A stretch of 64,000 bases of DNA from Minisyncoccota bacterium (GCA_022842945.1 JALHOO010000002.1:25030-89029); one strand, 5' to 3'. Shown: positions 1-11,117, numbered from the stretch's first letter. Numbers and translations are program-made. Notes: a model not told the origin generated them from the letters alone.

Positions 1-337
1 TTCCTGTTGACGCACGGGTGTAGGTTAGGGTTGCGAGCGCCGCATTAAGCGCAGACACTGCACCACTCAGGCTTACTGACCCTGAACCGTTTCCACTCAT
101 CGTTACCCCATCAACACTAGAGAGACTCATCGTACCGGATGTAGTACGCAGCTTAACTGGGGTTGTAGACGCTGCTGGTCCCACAATCTGAAAACCACTA
201 ATAGAAGTAGCAACGTTTGGCGTTGTGGTGGCGTTGCTGCCCGCCGTAAGCGAGAGCGCAGCATGGACAGAATCGCCGAAAGAGAATGCGGCAACGCAGA
301 CCATGAATGTAAATGTGAGACCCCGGACCAACTTCAT
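1..337 (-). CDS. Secreted surface/adhesin-like protein, N-terminal part (runs off the window edge)
   Basis: Own translation from ATG 337: MKLVRGLTFTFMVCVAAFSFGDSVHA (signal peptide), then a Ser/Thr/Gly-rich beta region with SLSGAVSALNAALATLTY, typical of cadherin-like adhesin repeats. TGcTATACT lies 6 nt before the ATG. Confidence 0.75.
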   Translation of the reverse strand, partial: MKLVRGLTFTFMVCVAAFSFGDSVHAALSLTAGSNATTTPNVATSISGFQIVGPAASTTPVKLRTTSGTMSLSSVDGVTMSGNGSGSVSLSGAVSALNAALATLTYTRASTG

Positions 338-405
338 ACGTGAAGTATAGCAATGCCGTGAGCATTCGACATAGGGCACTTTGGGATAGAATCTTCTGCC
401 GAATA

Positions 406-435
406 GTGAAAGCCCGGCATAAACCGGGCTTTCAC
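406..435 (-). terminator. Intrinsic terminator of the sulfur operon
   Basis: GTGAAAGCCCGG-cataaa-CCGGGCTTTCAC inverted repeat. Confidence 0.7.
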
Positions 436-528
436 GTACGTGTTGCTCTGGTAGGACAGGATTGGCACCAGGTTAGAGAATGGATTGGCCTGTTTTAGTG
501 CACTGACGTAACCAAGTTACGCGCAAGT

Positions 529-1437
529 CTACATTTTGCTCTTTGAAAAGACGCTATTGACCGGAATCTTGAGAAACTCCGCTCCGGTTTCCTGGTCCTT
601 AGGGATGTGTCCCGCTCGCATATTTACCTGAAGTGACGGGATGATGAGGCGAGGCATACCGAGTGTCTCATCGCGCTTCTTTCGAAGACTAGCGAAAGCT
701 TGTAAAGTTGTGTCTTTATTCAAGTGTACATTTGTACGCTTCTGCTCCCCAACAGTTGTCTCAAACAAGTAGTCTGTACGTCCTTCCGGTAGGTAGTCGT
801 GGCACATGAACATGCGCATAGATTCCGGTAGCGTGAACAACTTTTGTGCTGACGCGTGCATATCCTCTGCGCTCCCGCCCGGGAAATCAACCCGAGCAGT
901 GCCGTAGTCAGGCATGAAGAGAGTATCTCCTGCAAACACCGCATCCCCCACCACATACGTAATGTCTGCGGGTGTGTGACCCGGTGTCGCAATAACCAGG
1001 ACTGGAATATCGCCGATTGAAAACTCGTCCCCGTCCTTAAAGAGTCGGTCAAACTGACTACCGTCTCTCTCAAACTCTGTACCCTCGTTGAATACTTTGC
1101 CGAATGTTTCCTGCACATCGAGAATCTTCTCACTTATTGCAATCTTTCCCCCGAGCCGTTCTTGTATATACGGCGCAGCAGACAAATGGTCCGCATGTAC
1201 ATGTGTCTCAAGGATCCATTCAACATGATATGCGTTCTCTTCAATATGCTTTATTAACTGGTCTGCACTCTTACACGAGATAGTGGCGCTCTCTGGTTCG
1301 TAGTCGAGAACACTATCAATAACTGCGCACCTCTTTGATGCATCGTCCGCAACTACGTAGCTAATAGTGTTCGTTGCAGGGTCGAAGAACCCCTTAACGG
1401 AGGGGTGGTAGTTAAGCAGTGCTTCATAGTTAGACAT
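529..1437 (-). CDS. blh: Persulfide (sulfur) dioxygenase, Blh/SdoA-type MBL-fold protein
   Basis: ETHVHADH metal motif, IDSVLDY, GDTLFMPDYGTARVDFPGG, CHDY, PSLQVNMRAG. Alternative start at 1449. Confidence 0.88.
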   Translation of the reverse strand: MSNYEALLNYHPSVKGFFDPATNTISYVVADDASKRCAVIDSVLDYEPESATISCKSADQLIKHIEENAYHVEWILETHVHADHLSAAPYIQERLGGKIAISEKILDVQETFGKVFNEGTEFERDGSQFDRLFKDGDEFSIGDIPVLVIATPGHTPADITYVVGDAVFAGDTLFMPDYGTARVDFPGGSAEDMHASAQKLFTLPESMRMFMCHDYLPEGRTDYLFETTVGEQKRTNVHLNKDTTLQAFASLRKKRDETLGMPRLIIPSLQVNMRAGHIPKDQETGAEFLKIPVNSVFSKSKM

Positions 1438-1449
1438 GGCTCTATGCAA

Positions 1450-1974
1450 TTACGCTCTATTCCATGGCATCTTAGCCAATAGCATGGTCATTCCGCACCA
1501 GCCAGTAAGTCCAGCTACAAGGAGTCCAACGCCCGCGACACCTGAAAGCACAAACCACAGAGGCGACACCATGAGTCCAAGAATATGTGCGATGACGATG
1601 AGTACACCGGCTGCAATAAACGTCTGCCGCATGAGCGATAGGCGCAACGAGATCTTGGCCGTGCCATACCCGGCTTCTTCCCAGGACAAGATTCCTCCTT
1701 CCACATTTACTAGCTCAGCCTTTATCCCAAGCGCAACTAGCTTCTCCATCGCCGCAACACCTCTACGACCGGAACGGCAATGCACGTAAATAGTTTTCTT
1801 GTCTTTAAACTCCTGCACATGGCGCTCGATATCATCAAGCGGAACGGAACGGACGCCACTGATGTGCTTTTCTTTATATTCAGCAGGCGTACAAACATTG
1901 ATGAAATCAACCGAGGAGTTACTCTTCTCTGCCTCTATTACTTCCTTGAACGACGAAACGGATATGTGCTTCAT
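1450..1974 (-). CDS. Rhodanese-domain sulfurtransferase with C-terminal DUF2892 membrane domain (YgaP-like)
   Basis: HCRSGRR active-site loop, NVEGGILSW, two TM helices ending GWCGM..LLAKMPWN. Confidence 0.88.
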   Translation of the reverse strand: MKHISVSSFKEVIEAEKSNSSVDFINVCTPAEYKEKHISGVRSVPLDDIERHVQEFKDKKTIYVHCRSGRRGVAAMEKLVALGIKAELVNVEGGILSWEEAGYGTAKISLRLSLMRQTFIAAGVLIVIAHILGLMVSPLWFVLSGVAGVGLLVAGLTGWCGMTMLLAKMPWNRA

Positions 1975-2234
1975 TTTTGTTTGATTAGAACGAGTACCCT
2001 TCGCGCAAGGTCTGTATACTCTGGAGAAACGTTTTTATAATACACATGCCGGCCGCTTTCCCGCGTCTGCACGATGCCAGCATCCCGAAGCACCGCAAGA
2101 TGCTGAGACAACGCACTCTGGCTCAACGCACATTTTCGTAAGAGCTCACTTACCGTTACTTCCTTTGCAAGGCAAGCAATAAGCTGTACACGCTGAGAGT
2201 TGCCGAGCGCCCTGCATAGATCCTTGAGTTCCAT
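1971..2234 (-). CDS. ArsR/SmtB-family repressor (BigR/SqrR/HlyU-like)
   Basis: ALGNSQRVQLIACL...LSQSALSQHLAVLRDAGIVQTRESGRHVYY winged HTH; 4-nt overlap with the rhodanese gene. Confidence 0.9.
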   Translation of the reverse strand: MELKDLCRALGNSQRVQLIACLAKEVTVSELLRKCALSQSALSQHLAVLRDAGIVQTRESGRHVYYKNVSPEYTDLARRVLVLIKQK

Positions 2235-2237
2235 ACC

Positions 2238-2269
2238 ATTATATTAGTATTTACTAATATAATATGCAA
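2238..2269 (-). promoter_or_regulatory. Sigma70 promoter overlapped by a 12-2-12 palindromic ArsR operator
   Basis: ATTATATTAGTA-TT-TACTAATATAAT (2238-2263) is a perfect palindrome; TTGCAT-17-TAATAT lies 6 nt before the ATG. Confidence 0.8.
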
Positions 2270-2353
2270 GCTTATCCCCGCTTGGTTCGTGCCCTACCAA
2301 CAGACCACTGATTTACCTACAAATCGTAACCAACCTAGTCTCGGCAGCAGTTT

Positions 2354-3085
2354 TCAGAGAACTCTACCTTCTTCTTCCCTTGAGCCCTCACCTCCTGCAG
2401 GACCAGTCTCTCTTGGCGAAGAGATTATAGTGTCGAACTCATCTTGTGTTATATATCGTGGCTTGTACACACTGCCGCGAGACTCAATCTGGGCAACAAA
2501 GGCTCTCAGGTGATTACGCGAGCCCTTTAAAAGATTTTGGTATACGAGTTTTATATCGTCATTGTCAGACTGAGCCAAGCGTTCTTGCAGATCTTTAATA
2601 TCGAGATCTTCGATGAGAGCACCAACCATAAGCGCATCCATTTCAGACCTTTGTCCTTTCGTAACAAGATCCGTATAGAGCTCTGCTAAATCTGAGTTAG
2701 CAAACTTCCCAGCAGTGTCGTCTAGAACAGGATCTGTAATGTTGTACTTAACAAGCACTGTTCTTACAGCCTCAGTATGGCTCTGTTCACTCTGTGAGAT
2801 GTTTTTAAAAATAGGAAATCCCCACTTTTCGTAAAGCATGGTGTACACATCGCGTGCAAGCTTCTCCTCCTCACGCATGAACAATAGACCCTCCTTCTCA
2901 TTTTCAGAAACACCTTGCACAGGCAGAGATGTAATCTGTGGACGTAAAGACAAGAAATCAGACGAGTCTGGCGTGTCGGAAACAAGTTCGCTTGTACCTC
3001 CTCGCAGCAGACTACCAACTACAACAGCACTCGTAAGACCTAGAGCGACTACTGCGACTGCAATGCCAACTGTTGTTTTTTTCAT
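2354..3085 (-). CDS. DUF2202 ferritin-like domain protein, membrane-anchored
   Basis: MREEEKLARDVY, SEQSH, GALIEDLDI, GSRNHLRAF; N-terminal TM. Confidence 0.85.
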   Translation of the reverse strand: MKKTTVGIAVAVVALGLTSAVVVGSLLRGGTSELVSDTPDSSDFLSLRPQITSLPVQGVSENEKEGLLFMREEEKLARDVYTMLYEKWGFPIFKNISQSEQSHTEAVRTVLVKYNITDPVLDDTAGKFANSDLAELYTDLVTKGQRSEMDALMVGALIEDLDIKDLQERLAQSDNDDIKLVYQNLLKGSRNHLRAFVAQIESRGSVYKPRYITQDEFDTIISSPRETGPAGGEGSREEEGRVL

Positions 3086-3134
3086 ACTCTGCAGTATACC
3101 GGAGCAAAAAGTTACAAATTGATAATCCGCTAAT

Positions 3135-3164
3135 GGGAAACGGCGCCCTAAAGCGCCGTTTCCC
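3135..3164 (-). terminator. Hairpin downstream of tRNA-fMet
   Basis: GGGAAACGGCGC-cctaaa-GCGCCGTTTCCC. Confidence 0.7.
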
Positions 3165-3172
3165 TAAATTTG

Positions 3173-3492
3173 TTGCGGGGGCCGGAATCGAACCGGCGTC
3201 TGGAGGTTCTTTTACACTTACTGTTTCCAGCAAGAATGGACTATCCCATGATCCTGAACCAGGACCCTCCCATTATAGTCTCTGAACCTTTCCCGAATTA
3301 CTTCGAGACTTGGCTGCTGATTGCCGAATCTCCCTGTTTTTCGCGCATTCACGCTCATCCTTTCGGATCACGTTGTAGCACAAGGAGCTCTAACGGTATT
3401 CCAGCAATTTAGAGAGTTTTTCCACTACCCGTTACCGGATAGGGTCACGTTGTTCACATGAGCCTCCCGAGGTACCTCTCCTCTACCCCGCT
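3173..3492 (-). tRNA. Initiator tRNA-fMet(CAU), split by an intron (exons 3458-3492 and 3173-3208)
   Basis: Spliced sequence AGCGGGGTAGAGGAGAGGTACCTCGGGAGGCTCAT|AACCTCCAGACGCCGGTTCGATTCCGGCCCCCGCAA folds as a cloverleaf. 1:72 mismatch, G2-C71, C3-G70 and A11-U24 are initiator hallmarks. CCA is not encoded. Confidence 0.92.
3209..3457 (-). ncRNA. Group I self-splicing intron (IC-like, 249 nt, no ORF) at tRNA position 36/37
   Basis: P AAATTGCTGGAA, Q AATCAGCAG, R GTTCAGAGACTATA, S GGGATAGTCC; 5' exon ends in U paired with the guide (UCAU/GUGA); terminal G; GNRA-capped P2 and P9. Confidence 0.93.
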
Positions 3493-3531
3493 ATGCATTT
3501 CTTCACACAAGCGCACGAGCGCTATGTCCAT

Positions 3532-3559
3532 AGAATACGCCACATCGCGTCTTTTGCAA
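3532..3559 (-). promoter_or_regulatory. Promoter of tRNA-fMet
   Basis: TTGCAA-16-TATTCT about 40 nt upstream of the mature 5' end. Confidence 0.55.
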
Positions 3560-3571
3560 GTCCTCTAGAAT

Positions 3572-4165
3572 CTAAATCTCCCCATGCTCCCGCATAACAA
3601 CTTCGTACATCGCAATAGTGCGGTGCGCCATATGTTCTGAAAGCTGGAACGCCTGTCCGCTATGCGCTATCTCGTTGCGCACTTTATGTGCGTCCCACGC
3701 ATGCTGGAGCGAACGGAACCTGCTGGGATCAACTGCCTTCAGTTTCTCCCCTACTGAGTTTCCTGGATAGCCCAACTGGCTCAACAAGTCGTCGAGCATG
3801 ATGTCGGCCTCGATAATAGCCTGGCGCCAATCACTCTCATGCGGACGCTCAACCAACTCTCGAATGTGTTCCCAGCGAGAATGGTCACGCTCCGTCTCTG
3901 CATGACTTGCGTGAATAGTTGCGTATAGCGGCTCCTCTTCCTTGCGTACCTGATGGAACCTAATGGTTGCGTGTATGAAAATAGCGAGCAGCGCTATAGA
4001 AGCGATAACTGCAAGGCCGGTAACCATAAGCCAAACACTTGAGGCAAGCTGAAGAAAGTTCGCCTGCAAAGAAAACCCTCCGGGGTTCGTGAGGAGCTCG
4101 TAGAGAAGCCTAAAGAAATACTCGACGTTTAGAAAGTGAACGGTTGGTTCTGACGTAGTACCCAT
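3572..4165 (-). CDS. Conserved hypothetical membrane protein (CPR-type)
   Basis: One TM plus a helical domain WRQAIIEADIMLDDLL..GYPGNSVGEKLK..AWDAHKVRNEIAH; TATAAT 7 nt before the ATG. Confidence 0.8.
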   Translation of the reverse strand: MGTTSEPTVHFLNVEYFFRLLYELLTNPGGFSLQANFLQLASSVWLMVTGLAVIASIALLAIFIHATIRFHQVRKEEEPLYATIHASHAETERDHSRWEHIRELVERPHESDWRQAIIEADIMLDDLLSQLGYPGNSVGEKLKAVDPSRFRSLQHAWDAHKVRNEIAHSGQAFQLSEHMAHRTIAMYEVVMREHGEI

Positions 4166-4173
4166 CCCTCTGA

Positions 4174-5607
4174 TTATAGCGTCTCTCCCGTCACTTCTGC
4201 GCCCATAGTGAACAATAGGTCGTCAGCACCGTGCGCAGACGTGAAATGTATACCAACCGGAAGAGAAACGCCGTCTCTCTCAACCATTCCCATAGGTACC
4301 GAGATTGCGGGCATGCCGGTGAGGTTTGCGGTAACCGTAAACACGTCTTCAAGATACATAGAAACAGGGTCGCTCTTCTCGCCAAACCTGAATGCCGGAG
4401 ACGGTGTCGTTGGAAACGCAATCACGTCACAGGACCCAAACGCTGCATCATACTCAGCACGAAGTACATCACGCGCCTTATCTGCCTTGCGGTAGTACGC
4501 ATCAATATAGCCAGACGAAAGCACGAAGGTGCCCAAAAGAATACGGCGAATGGTCTCAGACCCGAAGCCTGAAGACTTGCTCTGTACATAGTCCTCAAGG
4601 AGAGACTCTCCGCGCTCTGCTAGCCCATACCGAATACCGTCATAGCGGGCAAGGTTCGCCGAGGCTTCGGCCGGCATAATCACGTAGTACGCAGATAGCG
4701 CATAGCCACTTGTTGGGAGAGATACATCAACGAGAGTGTGGCCCTTTTCGGTAAGAGCGGCAAGAGTGCGCTCAAAGCTCTCTAGCACATCCGCATCCAA
4801 GCCCTCAACGAGAAGATGCCTCGGCACCCCGATGCGAAGAGACTTCCCAACCTCTTTCACAGGATACGTATCGTCTGTAAGCGTAGTGGCATCAAGCGGA
4901 TCATGGCCCTTCATTACGTCATACAGGATCTTTGCGTCCGCAACAGACTTCGCGAGTGGACCAGCCTGATCTAGAGACGACCCAAGCGCAATAAGACCGC
5001 TTCGTGAAATGCGCCCGTAGGTAGGCTTCATACCTACGAGTCCAGTGTGTGCTGCTGGCTGGCGAATGGATCCTCCTGTATCTGTACCAAGAGCCGCGAG
5101 CGCCGTGTGCGCGGAAGCGGCCGCACTTGAACCTCCGGAAGAACCTCCCGGAACACGCGTGACATCTACAGGGTTCTTTGTCGGGCCGTATGCCGAGTGC
5201 TCGGTTGACGAACCCATAGCGAACTCGTCCATGTTGGTGCGTCCTACAAACAGCACTCCCGCTTCTTTCAGTTTCTTCGTAACCGTAGAGTCGTACGTTG
5301 CGGTGTAGTTCGCAAGCATCTTGCTGGCCGCGCTCGCCACATGTCCTTCTATAAGAATGTTGTCCTTCATCGCAAGCGGAATACCGCACAAGAGAGACGC
5401 ATTCTCCCCTTCCGCATCAATGCGTGCCTGAGCTCGCGCAATAGCATCAGCATCTGCAGGAAAGAGCTCAAGGTAAGCGTTCAGCTCAGGGTTTCGCCGT
5501 GCAGCTTCAGCACTACACGCGTCCCACAACTCCTGTACAGAAAAAGTCTTCGACCGCAGTCCTTTTGCGGCCTCAACAATAGTGAGCTCGTTGAGTGGTT
5601 TAGTCAT
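4174..5607 (-). CDS. gatA: Asp/Glu-tRNA amidotransferase subunit A
   Basis: Amidase signature KDN, GGSSGGS, GTDTGGSIRQPA, NLARYDGIRYG; start placed at MTKPL, overlapping gatC. Confidence 0.96.
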   Translation of the reverse strand: MTKPLNELTIVEAAKGLRSKTFSVQELWDACSAEAARRNPELNAYLELFPADADAIARAQARIDAEGENASLLCGIPLAMKDNILIEGHVASAASKMLANYTATYDSTVTKKLKEAGVLFVGRTNMDEFAMGSSTEHSAYGPTKNPVDVTRVPGGSSGGSSAAASAHTALAALGTDTGGSIRQPAAHTGLVGMKPTYGRISRSGLIALGSSLDQAGPLAKSVADAKILYDVMKGHDPLDATTLTDDTYPVKEVGKSLRIGVPRHLLVEGLDADVLESFERTLAALTEKGHTLVDVSLPTSGYALSAYYVIMPAEASANLARYDGIRYGLAERGESLLEDYVQSKSSGFGSETIRRILLGTFVLSSGYIDAYYRKADKARDVLRAEYDAAFGSCDVIAFPTTPSPAFRFGEKSDPVSMYLEDVFTVTANLTGMPAISVPMGMVERDGVSLPVGIHFTSAHGADDLLFTMGAEVTGETL

Positions 5608-5902
5608 GGCTGATGATCTGCTTAACGGACAGCGAGTCTCCGCTCTTCTCTGGGAACTGCGCAACAATCTTCTCGGTCCAGGTACCCGATGCATACGGCT
5701 CCGTGTCTTCCCGCAATACATTACGCACTTCGCTCTGTACGCGTCCTGATTCAGGAAGCGTTAGCTCGTCGAGCTTGCCCACATACGCAAGAATGCTATC
5801 AAATTCAGTCGCAAAGCGTGCCAGGTCCGCTTCAGGGACCGTAACGCGAGCAAGACTCGCTAGGCGAGCAACATCTTCCGCTGAGGCTTTTGCAGTACTC
5901 AT
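5600..5902 (-). CDS. gatC: Asp/Glu-tRNA amidotransferase subunit C
   Basis: EDVARLASLARV..ILAYVGKLDEL..NVLRED; directly upstream of gatA. Confidence 0.92.
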   Translation of the reverse strand: MSTAKASAEDVARLASLARVTVPEADLARFATEFDSILAYVGKLDELTLPESGRVQSEVRNVLREDTEPYASGTWTEKIVAQFPEKSGDSLSVKQIISHD

Positions 5903-5914
5903 ACAGGCAATCTA

Positions 5915-7954
<2,040 letters not shown>

Positions 7955-7985
7955 CTACCCTATCGAACCCCTTGCCGCCCACTCC

Positions 7986-8447
7986 CTAATAGAAGACTTT
8001 GAGACCTCGCTCAACACGTCGGGGATCTGAAGAGGAGCACGAATTAAAACCGTTTGCGTAGATGTTTGTGACACCCGTCTGGTTCTTAAAGACCTGAACG
8101 GTGCCCTGTGTCCCTCCGGTTGCACACGGGATACTAAATTCAGACGTACGGACACCTCCAGACTGCGAGGTAGTAAATCCCGTAACAGGGGCACCAGCGC
8201 AGCGCACCTCGCCTGCCGCATTTCCCTGGTAGTCATAGCGAAACACGTTCATCTTCTGATCCCAGTAGAGCGCACATTCCATAGCAGAGTCTGCCGCATA
8301 GAACGCATACTGCGACTGCCGAGCTGTTGAGGAGAGGGTTACCTGCTTTAGCGCAATATCCAAAAGCGCGAGACCCACAGACAAAAGTACCGAGGTTAAA
8401 ATCATGGCAACAAGGAGCGTAAAGCCTCTGTGTGGAGTATGCATCAT
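7986..8447 (-). CDS. Minor pilin, PilX-like
   Basis: RG|FTLLVAM prepilin site without Glu5; AFYAADSAMECAL. Confidence 0.85.
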   Translation of the reverse strand: MMHTPHRGFTLLVAMILTSVLLSVGLALLDIALKQVTLSSTARQSQYAFYAADSAMECALYWDQKMNVFRYDYQGNAAGEVRCAGAPVTGFTTSQSGGVRTSEFSIPCATGGTQGTVQVFKNQTGVTNIYANGFNSCSSSDPRRVERGLKVFY

Positions 8448-8989
8448 AGCCAGTTGTAGAGACGCTCAGTAATAGTCACACTTCGTGCCTGCCCACGAGA
8501 CGTCCAGCTAACAACAACCGTGAGCATAATCTCAGTACTGGTACTTCCAAGTACCGGTGTGACACGAATGGTGCGTGTGTAGGGTGTCGCTGTTCCGCTA
8601 CCTGCCTGATTGTAGAGATTCCCTGAGCTTAGATAGAGCGGTGGATACGGAGTTGAGGTAACCCTACTAACCGTAAGCTGGGTTGGATCAACCACGCACG
8701 GAGCGGTGACACAGTTTGTAGAGCCTCCCGTGCCATCTACCCCAAACAACCATGAACGACCAGATTGTGTATTCATGAGTACATAGAGGTAGTTGCCGTC
8801 GCGAATACTGCGCACATACTCAACCCCCTCTTGCGCGAGCGAAGACGCGACAAGCTGCTCGCGTGCACTTCTGGACGCATTCAACGACTGCTGTACTGAG
8901 TACAGAGGACCAACCATTGCCGTTACCACCACCGTAACCGCAACGAGGGTCTCTATAAGCGTAAAGCCTTTGTGAGTGCGGTTGATCAT
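8444..8989 (-). CDS. Minor pilin, PilV-like
   Basis: KG|FTLIETLVA; LAQEGVEYVRSIRD. Confidence 0.85.
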   Translation of the reverse strand: MINRTHKGFTLIETLVAVTVVVTAMVGPLYSVQQSLNASRSAREQLVASSLAQEGVEYVRSIRDGNYLYVLMNTQSGRSWLFGVDGTGGSTNCVTAPCVVDPTQLTVSRVTSTPYPPLYLSSGNLYNQAGSGTATPYTRTIRVTPVLGSTSTEIMLTVVVSWTSRGQARSVTITERLYNWL

Positions 8990-9594
8990 AGCTCTATGGC
9001 GCGCTGAGTGGCGCCTGTTTGTATCGAAAAGCTTGAGCTCTCACCTGCATCCGTAACCATAGTACCTGCCACAACAATAGTAACGCTTGGCTGAACAGTG
9101 TCGTTAGTAAGTGGATTACTGTCAGCATCAACACCGCGCACATAGAACCTAAGAGTAGTGATGTCTATTCTTGGATCGGTAAGCGGCACCGCGGTATCTT
9201 CTGTGCAGCTGAGTCCCGTACACTGCCCAATACTTCCATCGTTCTTCAGTATGTACGTGACACGATACTGCGAATCAGCGTCACCATCGCGGCACGTTAT
9301 ACCGTCAGGACAAAAGGATATGGAAGTCCCTCCGCCCACACAGTTCGGAGAACTTGCGTTTCCATTGCAGGCATACTCTCCTCCTGTGCGTATGGCACGT
9401 GCCATGCTCTCAAGAGCAAAGGATAGCGAGGAGGCGAGTTGGCCGTTCGCACGTGCCTGACGGTCAAGACTGATGAGCGTTACGTACGCACCCAGCACCA
9501 CAAGCATAACCATGCTGAATATGCCGAGCGATACAATGAGCTCGAGTAGGGTATATCCTCGTTTTACATTAGTGCGGTTCATTTTGTTGGACAT
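8986..9594 (-). CDS. Minor pilin, PilW-like
   Basis: RG|YTLLELIVSLGIF; LESMARAIRTG. Confidence 0.85.
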   Translation of the reverse strand: MSNKMNRTNVKRGYTLLELIVSLGIFSMVMLVVLGAYVTLISLDRQARANGQLASSLSFALESMARAIRTGGEYACNGNASSPNCVGGGTSISFCPDGITCRDGDADSQYRVTYILKNDGSIGQCTGLSCTEDTAVPLTDPRIDITTLRFYVRGVDADSNPLTNDTVQPSVTIVVAGTMVTDAGESSSFSIQTGATQRAIEL

Positions 9595-10307
9595 CCTGAT
9601 TCTCCCTCGGACAGTACGGACACCTGCCCTACCTTAGAGACCAGTACACACCGCTCTTCAACACCTCCTGGCGTTGAGACGCGGATAACGGCATTGGTAA
9701 GCACAACAACCGATCCGTTGGTGCGCGTACCGAGTATAACGGACTGCGTATTGGGTCGAAGATACGTTATGTCTATAGCCGAGAGGTAGTTTCCATTACA
9801 GCGTTCAACCCCAGCAGTGTCGTTCCCACAGAACCCACTTACTTTATAGTTGTTGTTCAGTGTATAGGTACGTACAATCTCTGACCCTTGCGTCTGCCTG
9901 CAGTCTCCTGGACGCGCCTCAGGCCCCGTACCCACCGTATGTCCAGGACACACGGATACGTTCTGTATGTTCCCTGTTCTTGTGGGATGCACATCTGCAA
10001 AGAGCACGTAGCTTCCTGCTGGAGCTGCGGCGAAGCGCACTCCGTATCCAGCATTCGTGGTTCCGTCAGTAAAGGCTCGACTTGAAATTCCTAGCGCCTG
10101 CGCTTCACGTATGGAGAACGCGACCGTGTACGCCGTGTCCGTAAGGATAAGACTGCGGTTAAACGAGGACTGCCCCACCAGAGTGATGACGGTAATGATA
10201 ACGATGATGGCGAGCACCACCATCATCTCTACGAGCGTAAACCCTCGAGAACCTTGTCGCACGAGGCGATTAAAGGTTTTTAGAATGTAAGCAGTAAGGG
10301 ATTCCAT
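9579..10307 (-). CDS. Minor pilin, FimT/FimU (GspH)-like
   Basis: RG|FTLVEMMVVLAII; IREAQALG; start uncertain. Confidence 0.82.
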   Translation of the reverse strand: MESLTAYILKTFNRLVRQGSRGFTLVEMMVVLAIIVIITVITLVGQSSFNRSLILTDTAYTVAFSIREAQALGISSRAFTDGTTNAGYGVRFAAAPAGSYVLFADVHPTRTGNIQNVSVCPGHTVGTGPEARPGDCRQTQGSEIVRTYTLNNNYKVSGFCGNDTAGVERCNGNYLSAIDITYLRPNTQSVILGTRTNGSVVVLTNAVIRVSTPGGVEERCVLVSKVGQVSVLSEGESGCPTK

Positions 10308-11035
10308 TGCGTAACGTAGGCGAGCAGATAGCCGGCCGCGAGAAAAGGCACGAACGGTACTTCAATACCTATTCTATGGCCTTTGGGCGCTCGCACCAAT
10401 ATACCAATGCCAACAACTGCACCTATCCAAAATGAGAACAAGAGTCCTGGAATCGCGAGCGTGCTGCCAACCAGTGTAGCGAGTGCAAACGCAACCGGCG
10501 CGTCCCCGAGCCCCATGGCACGCCCTCCAGAAAACGCATAGAGCAGAAAGAATCCAAGACCTATGAACCCTGCGATCATGAGTGTCGCACCGAGCAGTTG
10601 CACTGCACTTGAGGATAGAAGAGCGTAGAGCACTGCAAAGAGAATGAGAAGCAATGAACTTGCAGGTGGCACGATGGTATGACGCAGATCGTAGAGGACA
10701 ATGAACGTGAGCGTAGTAAGTGCAAGTAGAAATGGTATGAGAGCAAGAGTGAACCCTATCTTTACATAGGCAATCGCAAACAACGTACCGAGCACTGCTT
10801 CGCTTATGGTGTAGGACACGGGCACCTTTGCCTTACAGGTGCGACACCTCCCCCTTGATCCTATCCATGAGAACACCGGCACCAGGTCCAGCGCTGTTAG
10901 TTCCCTGCTACACGAGTTGCATTGAGATCTCCCTTTAATCCAAGACTGCCCCGTATACAAGCGCTCGGCAATAACTGCCATGAAGCTGGCGAGAATGGCA
11001 CCGAGAACAAAGAACGGTATGACGAAAAGATCCAT
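10280..11035 (-). CDS. pilD: Prepilin peptidase (A24)
   Basis: RSQCNSC and GRCRTC Zn motifs, YDLRH, AMGLGDA, PFVPFL. Confidence 0.93.
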   Translation of the reverse strand: MDLFVIPFFVLGAILASFMAVIAERLYTGQSWIKGRSQCNSCSRELTALDLVPVFSWIGSRGRCRTCKAKVPVSYTISEAVLGTLFAIAYVKIGFTLALIPFLLALTTLTFIVLYDLRHTIVPPASSLLLILFAVLYALLSSSAVQLLGATLMIAGFIGLGFFLLYAFSGGRAMGLGDAPVAFALATLVGSTLAIPGLLFSFWIGAVVGIGILVRAPKGHRIGIEVPFVPFLAAGYLLAYVTQWNPLLLTF

Positions 11036-11070
11036 AATGCTTCTAGTATAACGTCCTTAATAGACATATA

Positions 11071-11103
11071 CGCAAAAAGCTCCGACGTGCGGAGCTTTTT
11101 GCG
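11071..11103 (-). terminator. Intrinsic terminator after the major pilin gene
   Basis: CGCAAAAAGCTCCG-acgtg-CGGAGCTTTTTGCG. Confidence 0.8.
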
Positions 11104-11117
11104 CTTGTGTGTGCGAA

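Noticed and set aside
3012-3412. Short ORFs over the 3.0-3.4 kb region
   Set aside because: They overlap the tRNA-fMet exon and the group I intron; no homing-endonuclease motifs (LAGLIDADG, GIY-YIG, HNH)
4174-5902. gatCA without gatB as a sign of a defective amidotransferase
   Set aside because: gatB is often encoded elsewhere; cannot be judged from this window
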